From assembly GCA_021789095.1 (NCBI GenBank), contig JAJYJX010000003.1, positions 1 to 33,542 of the forward strand: a DNA stretch of 33,542 nt, in the 5' to 3' direction. Numbering within the stretch: the first letter of the stretch is position 1; every line of letters starts with the position of its first letter. Positions 16,434-26,191 of this stretch are shown in pieces. Under the pieces are notes generated by a model. The model made no database searches. It was not told the DNA's origin and was given only the letters and a program-made list of their open reading frames with translations. This stretch comes from a bacterium. GTDB taxonomy: Bacteria; JAMCPX01. Position numbers and translations under genes: made by a program.

Positions 16434-18671
16434 TCATTTCTTTTCCACATAGTCACAGTCCTTGTTCGGACAGGCAACCACCACCCCGTCTTTCTTTGTG
16501 TACTTCTCTATAAGGTACTTCGATCCGCATTTGAGGCATGTCTTGTTTACCGGTTTGTTCCAGGATACAAAATCGCATTTCGGATAATTGGTACATCCAT
16601 AAAACAGCCTGCCTTTTTTCGTCGAGCGCTCTGCGATATCTCCGCCGCACGCAGGGCATGTTACGTCTGTTGTGTAAGGCTTTGTATTCTTGCACTCCGG
16701 ATAGTTTTCACATGCAAGAAAGCGTGCGCCTGATCTTGTGCGCTTTATGAGCATGGAGCCTCCGCACAATTCACATTTTAAATCGGACTTCTCATTTTCT
16801 ATGACGGTTATCTTTCCATTCTCATCCCTCTTAAAGTTCTTTGTGTTCCTGCATTCCGGGTAATTCGAGCATGCGAGGAACATGCCGTTGCGTCCCCATT
16901 TTATAACCATAGGTGAGCCGCATTTCTCGCATATAATGTCGGTTTTCTCTTCCGTTGCCTTCATATTCTTCATCTGTTTGCCTGCTTTGGCTACAAGCTG
17001 TTCAAAAGACCTGTAAAAGGACTTTAAAAGTTCGATGTAATTCGCATTGCCCTCTTCGACATTGTCCAGCTTGTCTTCCATGTCTGCTGTGAATCCGATA
17101 TCAAGGATCTGGGGGAAATTCTTTATAAGCATATCGGTCACAATCCTGCCGAGTTCGGTCGGCATAAACCTGCCTTCCTCTTTAACCACGTAACCGCGTT
17201 GCTGGATCGTTTGCAGGATCGTGGCATACGTGGACGGCCTGCCGATGCCTCTTTCTTCAAGCTCCTTTACAAGGGATGCCTCTGTATACCTCGGGGGCGG
17301 CTCTGTAAAGTGTTGATGCGGTGTTATATCCTTTAACAGGAGCCGGTCGTTGCTGTTCAGTTTTGGCAGTATGGTCTCTTCCCTTTGTTCATCATACACC
17401 TTGAGATAACCGTCGAACTCGAGCGTTGAACCCAATGCCCTGAAAATGAACCTCCCGCCTTTGATCTGGACAACCATCTGCCTGAATACGGCAGGCATCA
17501 TCTGGCTTGCGACGAACCTTTCCCAGATTAACCTGTAAAGCGCGTATTCCTGATCCGAAAGGTATTTCTTTACCTTATCCGGAGGCAGGTCAAACCTTGT
17601 CGGTCTGACAGCCTCATGTGCATCCTGGGCTGATTTTTTATTTTTATACGCATTCGGAGACAACGGCAAATAGCTTTTGCCGTATGCGTTATGTATGTAT
17701 CCTCTGACATTTGATAATGCCTCATCCGCTATCCTTACGGAATCCGTTCTCATGTAGGTTATAAGCGCTGTATGGCCTTCTTTACCGAGCTCAACGCCTT
17801 CGTAAAGCTTCTGCGCAATCTTCATTGTCCTATCTGCCGTAAACCTGAGCCGTTTGATCGCTTCCTGCTGGAGCGTACTTGTTATGAACGGCGGCATCGG
17901 ATAAGACTTTCTTTCCTTATGCTCGATGCCTGCAATGATAAAGTTCTGTTTTTTGATCTCATCAGTTATAGAGTCCGCCTTACCCCTGTCTGCAATATCC
18001 ACGTTCTTATCATCGATGCTGAAAAGCTTTGCCTCGAACACATCCCTGACAGGCGTTATGAAATTGCCGGTGATTGACCAGTATTCCTGCGGTACAAATG
18101 CCTCCCTCTCCTGTTCCCGGTCACAGATAAGCCTTACTGCAACGGACTGGACCCTTCCTGCGCTCAGTCCCCTTCTTACCTTTTCCCAGAGCAGGGGACT
18201 TATCTTATAACCTACCAGCCTGTCGAGTATGCGCCGTGCAAGGTATGATTGATACATGTTTTTGTTTAAAGACCCGTGATTCTTTATCCCGTTAAGAACG
18301 GCAGGCTTTGTGATCTCATTGAACATCACCCTGTAGATCTTTGCTTTTGTATTGTTTAATTCATCTGCTATGTGCCATGCTATTGCCTCCCCCTCCCTGT
18401 CAGGGTCGGGTGCAAGATAGATGACACCGGCATTCTTTGCCGCCTTTTTAATGGCAGCTAAGACCTTCAGCTTGTTCTTCAGTACCTCGTAGTCCGCCTT
18501 GAAAGTTTTTGTATCAACACCCAGCTTCGACTTTGGGAGGTCCTTTATATGTCCCATTGAGGCAACAACATCATAGTTGTTGTCCAGAAACTTTTTAATG
18601 GTCTTTGTCTTCGCCGGTGATTCTACAATAATCAGATATTTGTCCCCGTGTTTTTCATCAGGCATGTTCAC
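16434..18671 (-). CDS. topA: DNA topoisomerase I
   Basis: IVESPAK, DPDREGE, SAGRVQS, ITYMRTD, GIGRPSTYA; C-terminal Cys4 zinc ribbons. Confidence 0.97.
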   Translation of the reverse strand: MNMPDEKHGDKYLIIVESPAKTKTIKKFLDNNYDVVASMGHIKDLPKSKLGVDTKTFKADYEVLKNKLKVLAAIKKAAKNAGVIYLAPDPDREGEAIAWHIADELNNTKAKIYRVMFNEITKPAVLNGIKNHGSLNKNMYQSYLARRILDRLVGYKISPLLWEKVRRGLSAGRVQSVAVRLICDREQEREAFVPQEYWSITGNFITPVRDVFEAKLFSIDDKNVDIADRGKADSITDEIKKQNFIIAGIEHKERKSYPMPPFITSTLQQEAIKRLRFTADRTMKIAQKLYEGVELGKEGHTALITYMRTDSVRIADEALSNVRGYIHNAYGKSYLPLSPNAYKNKKSAQDAHEAVRPTRFDLPPDKVKKYLSDQEYALYRLIWERFVASQMMPAVFRQMVVQIKGGRFIFRALGSTLEFDGYLKVYDEQREETILPKLNSNDRLLLKDITPHQHFTEPPPRYTEASLVKELEERGIGRPSTYATILQTIQQRGYVVKEEGRFMPTELGRIVTDMLIKNFPQILDIGFTADMEDKLDNVEEGNANYIELLKSFYRSFEQLVAKAGKQMKNMKATEEKTDIICEKCGSPMVIKWGRNGMFLACSNYPECRNTKNFKRDENGKITVIENEKSDLKCELCGGSMLIKRTRSGARFLACENYPECKNTKPYTTDVTCPACGGDIAERSTKKGRLFYGCTNYPKCDFVSWNKPVNKTCLKCGSKYLIEKYTKKDGVVVACPNKDCDYVEKK

Positions 18672-19768
18672 TCCATTTTAACGAATCTTTGTCCCGGCAG
18701 TTGTTTTACAACGCCGGTCAGCTCCATTTCAGTAAGAATACTCATTACTTTAGAAGTGTCAAATTTCGATCGTGCTATAACCGTATCGAGATCAACAGGC
18801 TCCCCGGATAAAATAGAAAGGATGCACGCGTGTGATTCAGGCATAACCGTTTTTTTGTCTCTTTCGGCAGGCATACAGGCCTTTATTTCCCTTACAAGAT
18901 TATCTACGGAATCAACCATATTCCCGACCTGTTTTATGAGCCTGTTTGTTCCCTGGCTCATCATGGAATGGATCTGCCCCGGAACCGCAAATACCTCCCT
19001 GCCCTGATCAAGTGCGTGCGATACCGTGATCATTGTACCGCTGTTCAGAGATGCCTCTGTCACGATCACTGCAACGGACAGTCCGCTTATAATGCGGTTC
19101 CTCTCCGGAAAGTTTACGTCCAGCGGAGGTGTGCCGGCAGGATATTCGGTAAGGATCAATCCATACTTTGCTATGTCCTGTGCGAGCTGTTTGTTCTCGG
19201 GAGGGTAAATCCTGTTTATGCCTGTTCCCCATACAGCTATGGTTCTGCCCTTATGCTTTATTGCGGTCTTGTGGGCTATGGAATCTATGCCCTTTGCCAT
19301 ACCGCTTACGATTGTGAACCCTTCACCGGTCAGTGCAGAAGCGATCTCCCTTGTTATATTTTCGCCGTAAGCTGACGGGAAACGCGTGCCGACAATGGCA
19401 ACGCACGGTCCCTGCAATGGCGTGTCCGGCATGCCGCGCGCATAAAGGTATGGCGGCGGATCGCTTATCTGCTTGAGCAATTCCGGATACCGGGCGTCAT
19501 TCAGTGTTATTATGTCTGCTTTCTGCTGCTTTATTCTGTTCAACTCTTCCTTCGCCTCATCAAAGGCGCGAAAACGCCTGATCCTGCTGACAACAGTACC
19601 GGAAATACCCTCGACCTGCCCCAGCTCCTCGGCTGATGCAGAAAAAACAGCCCGTGCGTTATGGAACGATGCTATGAGCCTTTTGTAGAAAACGTTCCCT
19701 ACACCTTCCACTTGTTTCAGGGCAATCCAGTAAATCAGTTCATCTCTTGCATTCGTATTTAAAGACAT
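18668..19768 (-). CDS. dprA: DNA processing protein DprA
   Basis: AIVGTR, IVSGMAKGID..AH, FPERNRIISGLS, GREVFAVPG; C-terminal winged helix; ATGA overlap with topA. Confidence 0.96.
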   Translation of the reverse strand: MSLNTNARDELIYWIALKQVEGVGNVFYKRLIASFHNARAVFSASAEELGQVEGISGTVVSRIRRFRAFDEAKEELNRIKQQKADIITLNDARYPELLKQISDPPPYLYARGMPDTPLQGPCVAIVGTRFPSAYGENITREIASALTGEGFTIVSGMAKGIDSIAHKTAIKHKGRTIAVWGTGINRIYPPENKQLAQDIAKYGLILTEYPAGTPPLDVNFPERNRIISGLSVAVIVTEASLNSGTMITVSHALDQGREVFAVPGQIHSMMSQGTNRLIKQVGNMVDSVDNLVREIKACMPAERDKKTVMPESHACILSILSGEPVDLDTVIARSKFDTSKVMSILTEMELTGVVKQLPGQRFVKME

Positions 19769-19811
19769 TGTTTATGCACTTTATACAGAGTTGATAGAAA
19801 TCATCAAGTAA

Positions 19812-19914
19812 ACCAGGTTAGAAAGGACGCAGCTTTGAACCACGCCCTTTCGATAAGGAATTCAAATTCTATCCCCGTATCTCCGCCATAAATAGCGGGG
19901 CTTTCTAACGAGGT
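19812..19914. mobile_element. Degenerate ACCCCGTTAGAAA-family element
   Basis: ACCAGGTTAGAAA ... TTTCTAACGAGGT; internal CCGCCATAAATAGCGGGG matches the reverse complement of the hairpin in 362-453. Confidence 0.55.
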
Positions 19915-20009
19915 AAAAAAAACAGGTGCCCCTGTATATATGCCCGCTGGAATCGCCGTGTTATGCACAAATTGAAAAACTATATACAATATGTTAATTT
20001 TAACATATA

Positions 20010-20921
20010 ATGAACCGGTTTATTGAGGCATTCAGGACATATCTGAGCATAGAGAAGGGCGCATCCGTTAATACCGTCGATGCCTACCTCTCGGATCTGG
20101 AACAGTTCTCCGGGTTTTTAAACGGTCTCCATCCGGCACGATCAATTGAATCAGCGGGCATGATTGAAATAAGGAGCTTTATCGCCTTGCTCCTGAAAAC
20201 AGAAAAGAAAAGTTCTGCCGGAAGGAAGCTTGCAGCCTTAAAAACATTCTACAAGTTTATGCTCAGGGAGCATGTAATAGAGATGAATCCCGCTGAACTG
20301 ATATCGATACCGAAAAAGGACAAGCTCCTTCCCGGGTTCCTCAATGTGGATGAGGTCTTTGGACTTGTCGAGCTGCCCGAGGGAGACAAGGTTTTTGCCA
20401 TGAGGGACAGGGCGATCCTTGAGTTGTTTTATGCAAGCGGGCTGCGTGTTTCGGAGCTCACAGGGCTGGATATTGAAAATATTGATATTAATATAGGCTA
20501 TGTAAGGGTTATCGGAAAAGGTAAGAAAGAGCGCATTGTTCCGGTTAACAGGAAAGCCCTTCAGGTCGTCCGGCAGTACCTTGAAGCGAGGCATTCGGCC
20601 TTAAAGGATAAAACAGAAAAATCGCTTTTTATAAATAAATACGGCAAGAGGATTACAAGAAGGGGAGTGGGACTTATTGTGAAAAAATATATGATAAAGT
20701 CAGGTATAAACAAACACATCAGCCCGCATTCCTTGAGACATACATTTGCAACACACCTGCTTGACGCAGGAGCGGATTTAAGATTGATACAGGAGCTCCT
20801 CGGGCATTCCAGCATATCAACGACCCAGGTTTACACGCATACAAGCATGGACAGGCTGATGAAGGTTTATGATGATGCTCATCCGCGGGCACATAAGAAG
20901 AAAGACGAGAGTAGTCAGTAG
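20010..20921 (+). CDS. xerC: Tyrosine recombinase XerC
   Basis: RDRAILELFYASGLRVSEL, GKGKKER, HSLRH, LLGH, TQVYTH; conserved position before hslVU. Confidence 0.9.
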   Translation: MNRFIEAFRTYLSIEKGASVNTVDAYLSDLEQFSGFLNGLHPARSIESAGMIEIRSFIALLLKTEKKSSAGRKLAALKTFYKFMLREHVIEMNPAELISIPKKDKLLPGFLNVDEVFGLVELPEGDKVFAMRDRAILELFYASGLRVSELTGLDIENIDINIGYVRVIGKGKKERIVPVNRKALQVVRQYLEARHSALKDKTEKSLFINKYGKRITRRGVGLIVKKYMIKSGINKHISPHSLRHTFATHLLDAGADLRLIQELLGHSSISTTQVYTHTSMDRLMKVYDDAHPRAHKKKDESSQ

Positions 20922-20967
20922 CTGGTAAAGAGGAAATAAAAAATAACAGATAGAATATACCATTTTT

Positions 20968-21030
20968 GTCATTCCGCACTTGATGCGGAATCCAGTATTT
21001 TTTCTGGATTCCTGCTTTCGCAGGAATGAC
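20968..21030. repeat. Family A doublet (A2 + inverted A1)
   Basis: 20968-20995 is identical to 16342-16369; partner at 21004-21030. Confidence 0.9.
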
Positions 21031-21045
21031 GGCAAGGGAGAAGAT

Positions 21046-21573
21046 ATGTTTAAAGGAACGACGATCATAGCGGTAAGGCACAACAACAAGGTTGTCATGG
21101 CAGGCGACGGTCAGGTAACCCTCGGCGACACCATAATGAAACATACCGCAAAAAAGGTCAGAAGGCTTTATAATGATACAGTGCTGGCGGGTTTTGCGGG
21201 CTCTACTGCGGACGCCTTCACGCTGTTTAACAAGTTCGAGACGAAACTGGAGGAGTTCAGGGGTAACCTTCTCAAGGCCGCGGTCCAGCTCGCAAAGGAC
21301 TGGCGGACGGACAAGATACTGCGCAGGCTCGAAGCGCTTTTGATTGTAGCTGATAAATCCACATCACTTGTACTTTCCGGCACAGGGGATGTAATAGAAC
21401 CGGATGACAATATAGTTGCAATAGGTTCAGGCGGTAGCTATGCGCTTGCAGCGGCAAGGGCAATGGTAAAATTCTCCAATCTGGGTACGAGGGAGATAGC
21501 CGAGAACGCAATGAAGATCGCAGCGGATATATGTATTTACACAAACAGCAATATTACAGTAGAAGAACTATAA
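21046..21573 (+). CDS. hslV: ATP-dependent protease peptidase subunit
   Basis: [31 protein letters not shown]; start placed at ATG 21046 after GGGAG. Confidence 0.95.
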   Translation: MFKGTTIIAVRHNNKVVMAGDGQVTLGDTIMKHTAKKVRRLYNDTVLAGFAGSTADAFTLFNKFETKLEEFRGNLLKAAVQLAKDWRTDKILRRLEALLIVADKSTSLVLSGTGDVIEPDDNIVAIGSGGSYALAAARAMVKFSNLGTREIAENAMKIAADICIYTNSNITVEEL

Positions 21574-21587
21574 AGAGGTAAAACATA

Positions 21588-23006
21588 ATGAGAAAAACAA
21601 AGAACGCTCTGACCCAGATGGAAAGGCCCGAACAGATAGAGCCCAGTGACACACTGCTTCCTGTAACTATAGTGCAGGAGTTAGACAGGTATGTAGTGGG
21701 CCAGAACGACGCCAAGAAAATGGTTGCAATCGCACTGCGGAACAGGTGGCGCAGGCAGCATGTACCTCCGGAGATCAGGGACGAGATAGCACCTAAGAAT
21801 ATCATTATGATAGGGCCTACCGGCATAGGTAAAACAGAGATAGCGAGAAGGCTTGCCAAGCTTGCACAGGCGCCTTTCATAAAGGTTGAGGCTTCAAAGT
21901 ATACAGAGGTTGGTTATGTAGGAAGGGATGTCGAATCGATAGTAAGGGATATTGTGGAAATAGCGGTAAAAATGGTCAAAGAGGAAGAGGAGGAAAAATT
22001 ACTGCCAAAGGCTGAAGAGCTTACAGAGGAGAGGCTTCTCGATCTGCTGCTGCCGATCAAGAAAAAACCGGTCAACAACAAACAGCCGGAGACGGAACAG
22101 AAGGTGCTTGAGGTTGTTGAGGACACAAAAACAACAAGGGAAAAATTCAGGGTAATGCTCAGGGAGGGCAAATTTGACAACAGGTATGTGGAGATGGACA
22201 TACAGTATATGCCTATGCCTGTCATAGAGGTTTTCTCGGGTATGGGCAGTGATGAGATGGAGTTTAACCTGAGAGAAATGTTTGAGACCATGCTGCCGAA
22301 AAAGACAAAGAAAAAGAAGATAAAGATAAACGAGGCAAGGGAGATCATCATGCAGCAGGAGCTGGAAAAGCTCGTTGATATGGACAAGGTTGTAAAGACA
22401 GCCATAAAAAGGGTCGAAGAATCCGGGATCGTTTTTATTGATGAAATAGACAAGATAGCAAGCAAGGAATCCGGCTACGGCCCTGATGTTTCAAGGGAAG
22501 GCGTACAGAGGGATCTTTTGCCGTTGATAGAGGGCACGACCGTAATGACGAAGTACGGCATGGTAAGGACCGACCACATGCTTTTTATAGCGGCAGGGGC
22601 TTTCCACGTAAGCAAACCGTCCGATCTTATACCCGAGATCCAGGGAAGGTTCCCGATAAGGGTCGAACTTGAGCCTTTGACAAAGGATGATTTTGTACGG
22701 ATATTGACGGAACCCGACAATGCATTGACAAAGCAGTACATAGAGATGATGAAAACAGAAGGTGTGGAGCTTAATTTTACGAAGAGCTCGATAGAAAAGA
22801 TTGCGGAAATAGCGAGTATAAGCAACGAGAGGATGGAAAATATCGGAGCAAGGAGGCTTCATACAGTTATGGAAAGGCTTCTTGAGGATATATCCTTTGA
22901 TACGTCAAAATACAGGGGCGGGAAGTTTAACATAGATGAAAAGTATGTTGAGGACAAACTGAATCCGATACTCAAGAACGAAGACCTGAGCAAGTATATA
23001 CTGTAA
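21588..23006 (+). CDS. hslU: ATP-dependent protease ATPase subunit
   Basis: [46 protein letters not shown]. Confidence 0.97.
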   Translation: MRKTKNALTQMERPEQIEPSDTLLPVTIVQELDRYVVGQNDAKKMVAIALRNRWRRQHVPPEIRDEIAPKNIIMIGPTGIGKTEIARRLAKLAQAPFIKVEASKYTEVGYVGRDVESIVRDIVEIAVKMVKEEEEEKLLPKAEELTEERLLDLLLPIKKKPVNNKQPETEQKVLEVVEDTKTTREKFRVMLREGKFDNRYVEMDIQYMPMPVIEVFSGMGSDEMEFNLREMFETMLPKKTKKKKIKINEAREIIMQQELEKLVDMDKVVKTAIKRVEESGIVFIDEIDKIASKESGYGPDVSREGVQRDLLPLIEGTTVMTKYGMVRTDHMLFIAAGAFHVSKPSDLIPEIQGRFPIRVELEPLTKDDFVRILTEPDNALTKQYIEMMKTEGVELNFTKSSIEKIAEIASISNERMENIGARRLHTVMERLLEDISFDTSKYRGGKFNIDEKYVEDKLNPILKNEDLSKYIL

Positions 23007-23008
23007 TA

Positions 23009-23875
23009 ATGGAAAAGTATATTCAAAAAGCGTCCGTTCTTATAGAAGCTTTGCCGTACATTAAAAAATTCTACGGTAAGACGTTCGTGTTCAAATTCGG
23101 CGGCCATGCAATGCTTGATGACCAATTAAAAGAAAACTTTGCCAGGGACATCATCCTTTTATGGTACGTCGGCCTGAAGCCCGTGGTAGTGCACGGAGGA
23201 GGCCCGCAGATCGATGAACTGTTAAAGCAGCTGGGCAAGGAGAGCAGGTTTGTTGACGGCCTTCGCGTAACAGACGAAAAGACAATGGATGTTGTTGAGA
23301 TGGTGCTGGTAGGCAAGATCAACAAGGAGATAGTTGGATTGATCAACCATTTGGGAGGCAAAGCTGTCGGCATAAGCGGTAAGGACGGCAAGCTCATGGT
23401 GGCAAAAAAGGTGGAGATGAAGGACAGGGGAAACGGCAACATGCTTGATATGGGCAGGACCGGGGATATTGTCAGCGCCGACACAAAGATCATAAGAACG
23501 CTCGAACAAAACCATTTCATACCTGTTATAGCCCCTGTTGCTGTCGGAGATGACGGCCAGGCTTTCAATGTCAATGCGGATGTTGCTGCTGCAAAAATAG
23601 CCTTATCGCTTAAGGCAGAAAAGCTTATCATGCTCACGGATGTTGATGGCGTTATGGACAACAACGGCAGGCTGATATCTGCCATAAAATCAAAGGATGT
23701 TGAAAATCTTATAAGCTCAGACATTATAAAGGGCGGTATGATACCAAAGGTAAGGTATGCTGTTGACGCAATCGGGCACGGCGTCAAGAAATGCCATATC
23801 ATAGATGGAAGGATCCCCCATGCGGTCCTTCTCGAGATATTCACGCCTGAAGGCGTGGGGACCGAGATAACTTAA
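23009..23875 (+). CDS. argB: Acetylglutamate kinase
   Basis: EALPYI, KFGG, VHGGGPQI, GLRVTD, NVNAD, GGMIPK. Confidence 0.96.
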   Translation: MEKYIQKASVLIEALPYIKKFYGKTFVFKFGGHAMLDDQLKENFARDIILLWYVGLKPVVVHGGGPQIDELLKQLGKESRFVDGLRVTDEKTMDVVEMVLVGKINKEIVGLINHLGGKAVGISGKDGKLMVAKKVEMKDRGNGNMLDMGRTGDIVSADTKIIRTLEQNHFIPVIAPVAVGDDGQAFNVNADVAAAKIALSLKAEKLIMLTDVDGVMDNNGRLISAIKSKDVENLISSDIIKGGMIPKVRYAVDAIGHGVKKCHIIDGRIPHAVLLEIFTPEGVGTEIT

Positions 23876-23908
23876 ATAGTCGTGAGGTTTGAGCAGCGGG
23901 GCAAAGAA

Positions 23909-25126
23909 ATGAAGAAAAATAATATTATAACGCTTACCGATGATTTCATCATGCACACCTATAAGAGGATCCCTGTTGTTATAACAAGGGGCAAGGGAAT
24001 ATACCTATGGGACGTCAACGGGAAAAAATACATGGATTTTCTCGGTGCAAGGGGTGCTGCCAATACGGGTTACTCGAATCAAGATGTTATAAAGGCAATT
24101 ACAGCGCAGGCAAAAAAGCTTATACTTGTAACGAATGATTTTTATACGAAGCCGCAGGCAGAGCTGGCTCAGCTTCTTGTAAAAAACTCTTTTGCCGACC
24201 AGGTGTTCTTCTGCAACAGCGGTGCAGAGGCGAATGAGGGCGCGATTAAACTCTCCCGGCTCTATTCGTACAAAAAATACGGGCAGGGCAGGTATGTTGT
24301 TGTAAGCGCTGGCAATTCATTTCACGGCAGAACGTACGGGGCGCTTTCAGCAACAGCGCAGAAAAAGTACCAGACCGGCTTTGGGCCTATGGTGCCGGGA
24401 TTCAGGTATGTGGATTTTAATGATATGGATGCTATGAACGCAGCGCTCGGTGATGATGTGTGTGCGGTTATACTGGAGCCTGTCCAGGGGGAAGGCGGAG
24501 TTTATCCCGTATCTCAGGATTATATCAGGTTTGTAAGGGAGCAAACGCAGGGTAAGGACATCATTCTTATAATGGATGAGGTGCAGGTGGGGCTGGGCAG
24601 GACAGGCAGGTTGTTTGCTTATGAAAACTACGGGATAAGCCCCGATATTGTTACCATTGCAAAATCCATCGCAGGCGGCATGCCCATGGGAGCAATACTT
24701 GCATTAAAAAAAATTGCGAAATTTTTTGATTACGGTACACACGGCACAACGTTCGGGGGCTCGCCGATCGCCTCAGCCGCAGGCATAGCTGCTGTAAAGT
24801 ATATCATCGGGCGAAAACTGCCTGACAAGGCTAAAAAGCTCGGCATAATTGCACTCAAGAGGCTTTTAAGCCTCAAACAAAAATATGCCGATAAAATAAA
24901 AGACATAAGGGGCGTGGGACTTGTTATCGGTATAGAGTTTTATGACAACTCTCTTGCATCGCAGGTTTTCGATGAATGTCTGAAAGCGGGTTTGATCGTC
25001 AATGTGACCAACGGGAATATTGTAAGGTTCCTGCCGCCGCTTGTTATAACAGAAAACGAGCTGAACAAGGGCATGGATATATTTGAAAATTCACTGAAGC
25101 GCATTACCGTCAGACCACACCTATAA
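23909..25126 (+). CDS. argD: Acetylornithine aminotransferase
   Basis: NSGAEANE, FHGRT, EPVQGEGG, DEVQ.G.GRTG, IAK, HGTTFGG; start ATG 23909 (GTG 23882 possible). Confidence 0.92.
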   Translation: MKKNNIITLTDDFIMHTYKRIPVVITRGKGIYLWDVNGKKYMDFLGARGAANTGYSNQDVIKAITAQAKKLILVTNDFYTKPQAELAQLLVKNSFADQVFFCNSGAEANEGAIKLSRLYSYKKYGQGRYVVVSAGNSFHGRTYGALSATAQKKYQTGFGPMVPGFRYVDFNDMDAMNAALGDDVCAVILEPVQGEGGVYPVSQDYIRFVREQTQGKDIILIMDEVQVGLGRTGRLFAYENYGISPDIVTIAKSIAGGMPMGAILALKKIAKFFDYGTHGTTFGGSPIASAAGIAAVKYIIGRKLPDKAKKLGIIALKRLLSLKQKYADKIKDIRGVGLVIGIEFYDNSLASQVFDECLKAGLIVNVTNGNIVRFLPPLVITENELNKGMDIFENSLKRITVRPHL

Positions 25127-25270
25127 AAAGCAGCGAGGTTTGTGAAGTGAGTGATGGATGTCCCGAATGAACAAGCAAACCTCGGCATTGAACTTTCTGG
25201 GATAATTTGATTTAACCCGGCAGCCATGCTATTTTCAGTTTCTAAATAATTATTTAAACAAGAGGAGCAT

Positions 25271-26176
25271 ATGGCTAAAAGGGACCTGATCAGCATATTC
25301 GACTTAAAGAAAGCCGAGATCGAAAACCTCATAAAAGACGCAAATATCCTGAAAAAAGAGAAAAAACGCAGCCGGCCATTGAGGGGCAAAACCCTTGCAA
25401 TGATCTTCGAGAAAGCCTCTACAAGGACAAGGGTGTCGTTCGAAGTCGGCATGTACCAGCTTGGCGGGACGGCTTTGTACCTCAATGCGAACGACCTCCA
25501 GCTTGGCAAGGGAGAAACTATAGAGGATACTGCAAAGACATTGTCAAGGTATGCAGACTGTATAATGCTCAGGACATTCGCCCACGACAATGTCGTCAAA
25601 CTCGCATCTGCAGCGTCAGTACCCGTTATCAACGGATTGTCCGACCTTTCACATCCATGCCAGATATTGAGTGATTTATTCACGGTATATGAGAAAAATA
25701 AAAACTACAAAAAACTTACCTATGCTTATATTGGTGACAGTAACAACGTTTTAAACTCATGGATTGAAGCCGCAGGGGTGCTGGGACTGCACCTGAAGAT
25801 TGCCACACCCCGGTCATTTGCACCGTCGGGTGCGATACTCGAAACTGCCCGGGAATTCAATCAAACAGGTATAAAGCTGTATAACGATCCAGATGAAGCT
25901 GTTAAGGATGCCGACGTTATTTATACAGATGTCTGGGTAAGCATGGGCCAGGAAAACAAGAGAGAAGAGAAGATCAAGGATTTTGCCGGCTTCCAGGTCA
26001 ATTCCGTGCTGGTCAATAAGGCTAAACACAATGCAATTGTTATGCATTGCCTGCCCGCGCACAGGGATGAAGAAATAACATCAGAAGTGCTGGACGGAAG
26101 ACAGTCAGTCGTGTTTGATCAGGCAGAGAACAGGCTTCACATGCAGAAGGCAATATTAAAACTTTTGATTAAATAA
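25271..26176 (+). CDS. argF: Ornithine carbamoyltransferase
   Basis: STRTRVSFE, HPCQ, DVWVSMG, HCLP, AENR; GAGGAG SD. Confidence 0.96.
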   Translation: MAKRDLISIFDLKKAEIENLIKDANILKKEKKRSRPLRGKTLAMIFEKASTRTRVSFEVGMYQLGGTALYLNANDLQLGKGETIEDTAKTLSRYADCIMLRTFAHDNVVKLASAASVPVINGLSDLSHPCQILSDLFTVYEKNKNYKKLTYAYIGDSNNVLNSWIEAAGVLGLHLKIATPRSFAPSGAILETAREFNQTGIKLYNDPDEAVKDADVIYTDVWVSMGQENKREEKIKDFAGFQVNSVLVNKAKHNAIVMHCLPAHRDEEITSEVLDGRQSVVFDQAENRLHMQKAILKLLIK

Positions 26177-26191
26177 TATTGGAGGGAATTC

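Noticed and set aside
20010-20921. Tyrosine recombinase as phage or island integrase
   Set aside because: Size, motifs and position before hslVU fit housekeeping XerC; no att sites or cargo were seen.
20980-21045. N-terminal extension of HslV in the ORF track
   Set aside because: It is translation of the palindrome doublet; MFKGTT at 21046 has an SD and fits the family.
21914-25683. Long antisense ORFs opposite hslU, argB and argD/argF
   Set aside because: Shadows of well-conserved genes with no recognisable motifs.
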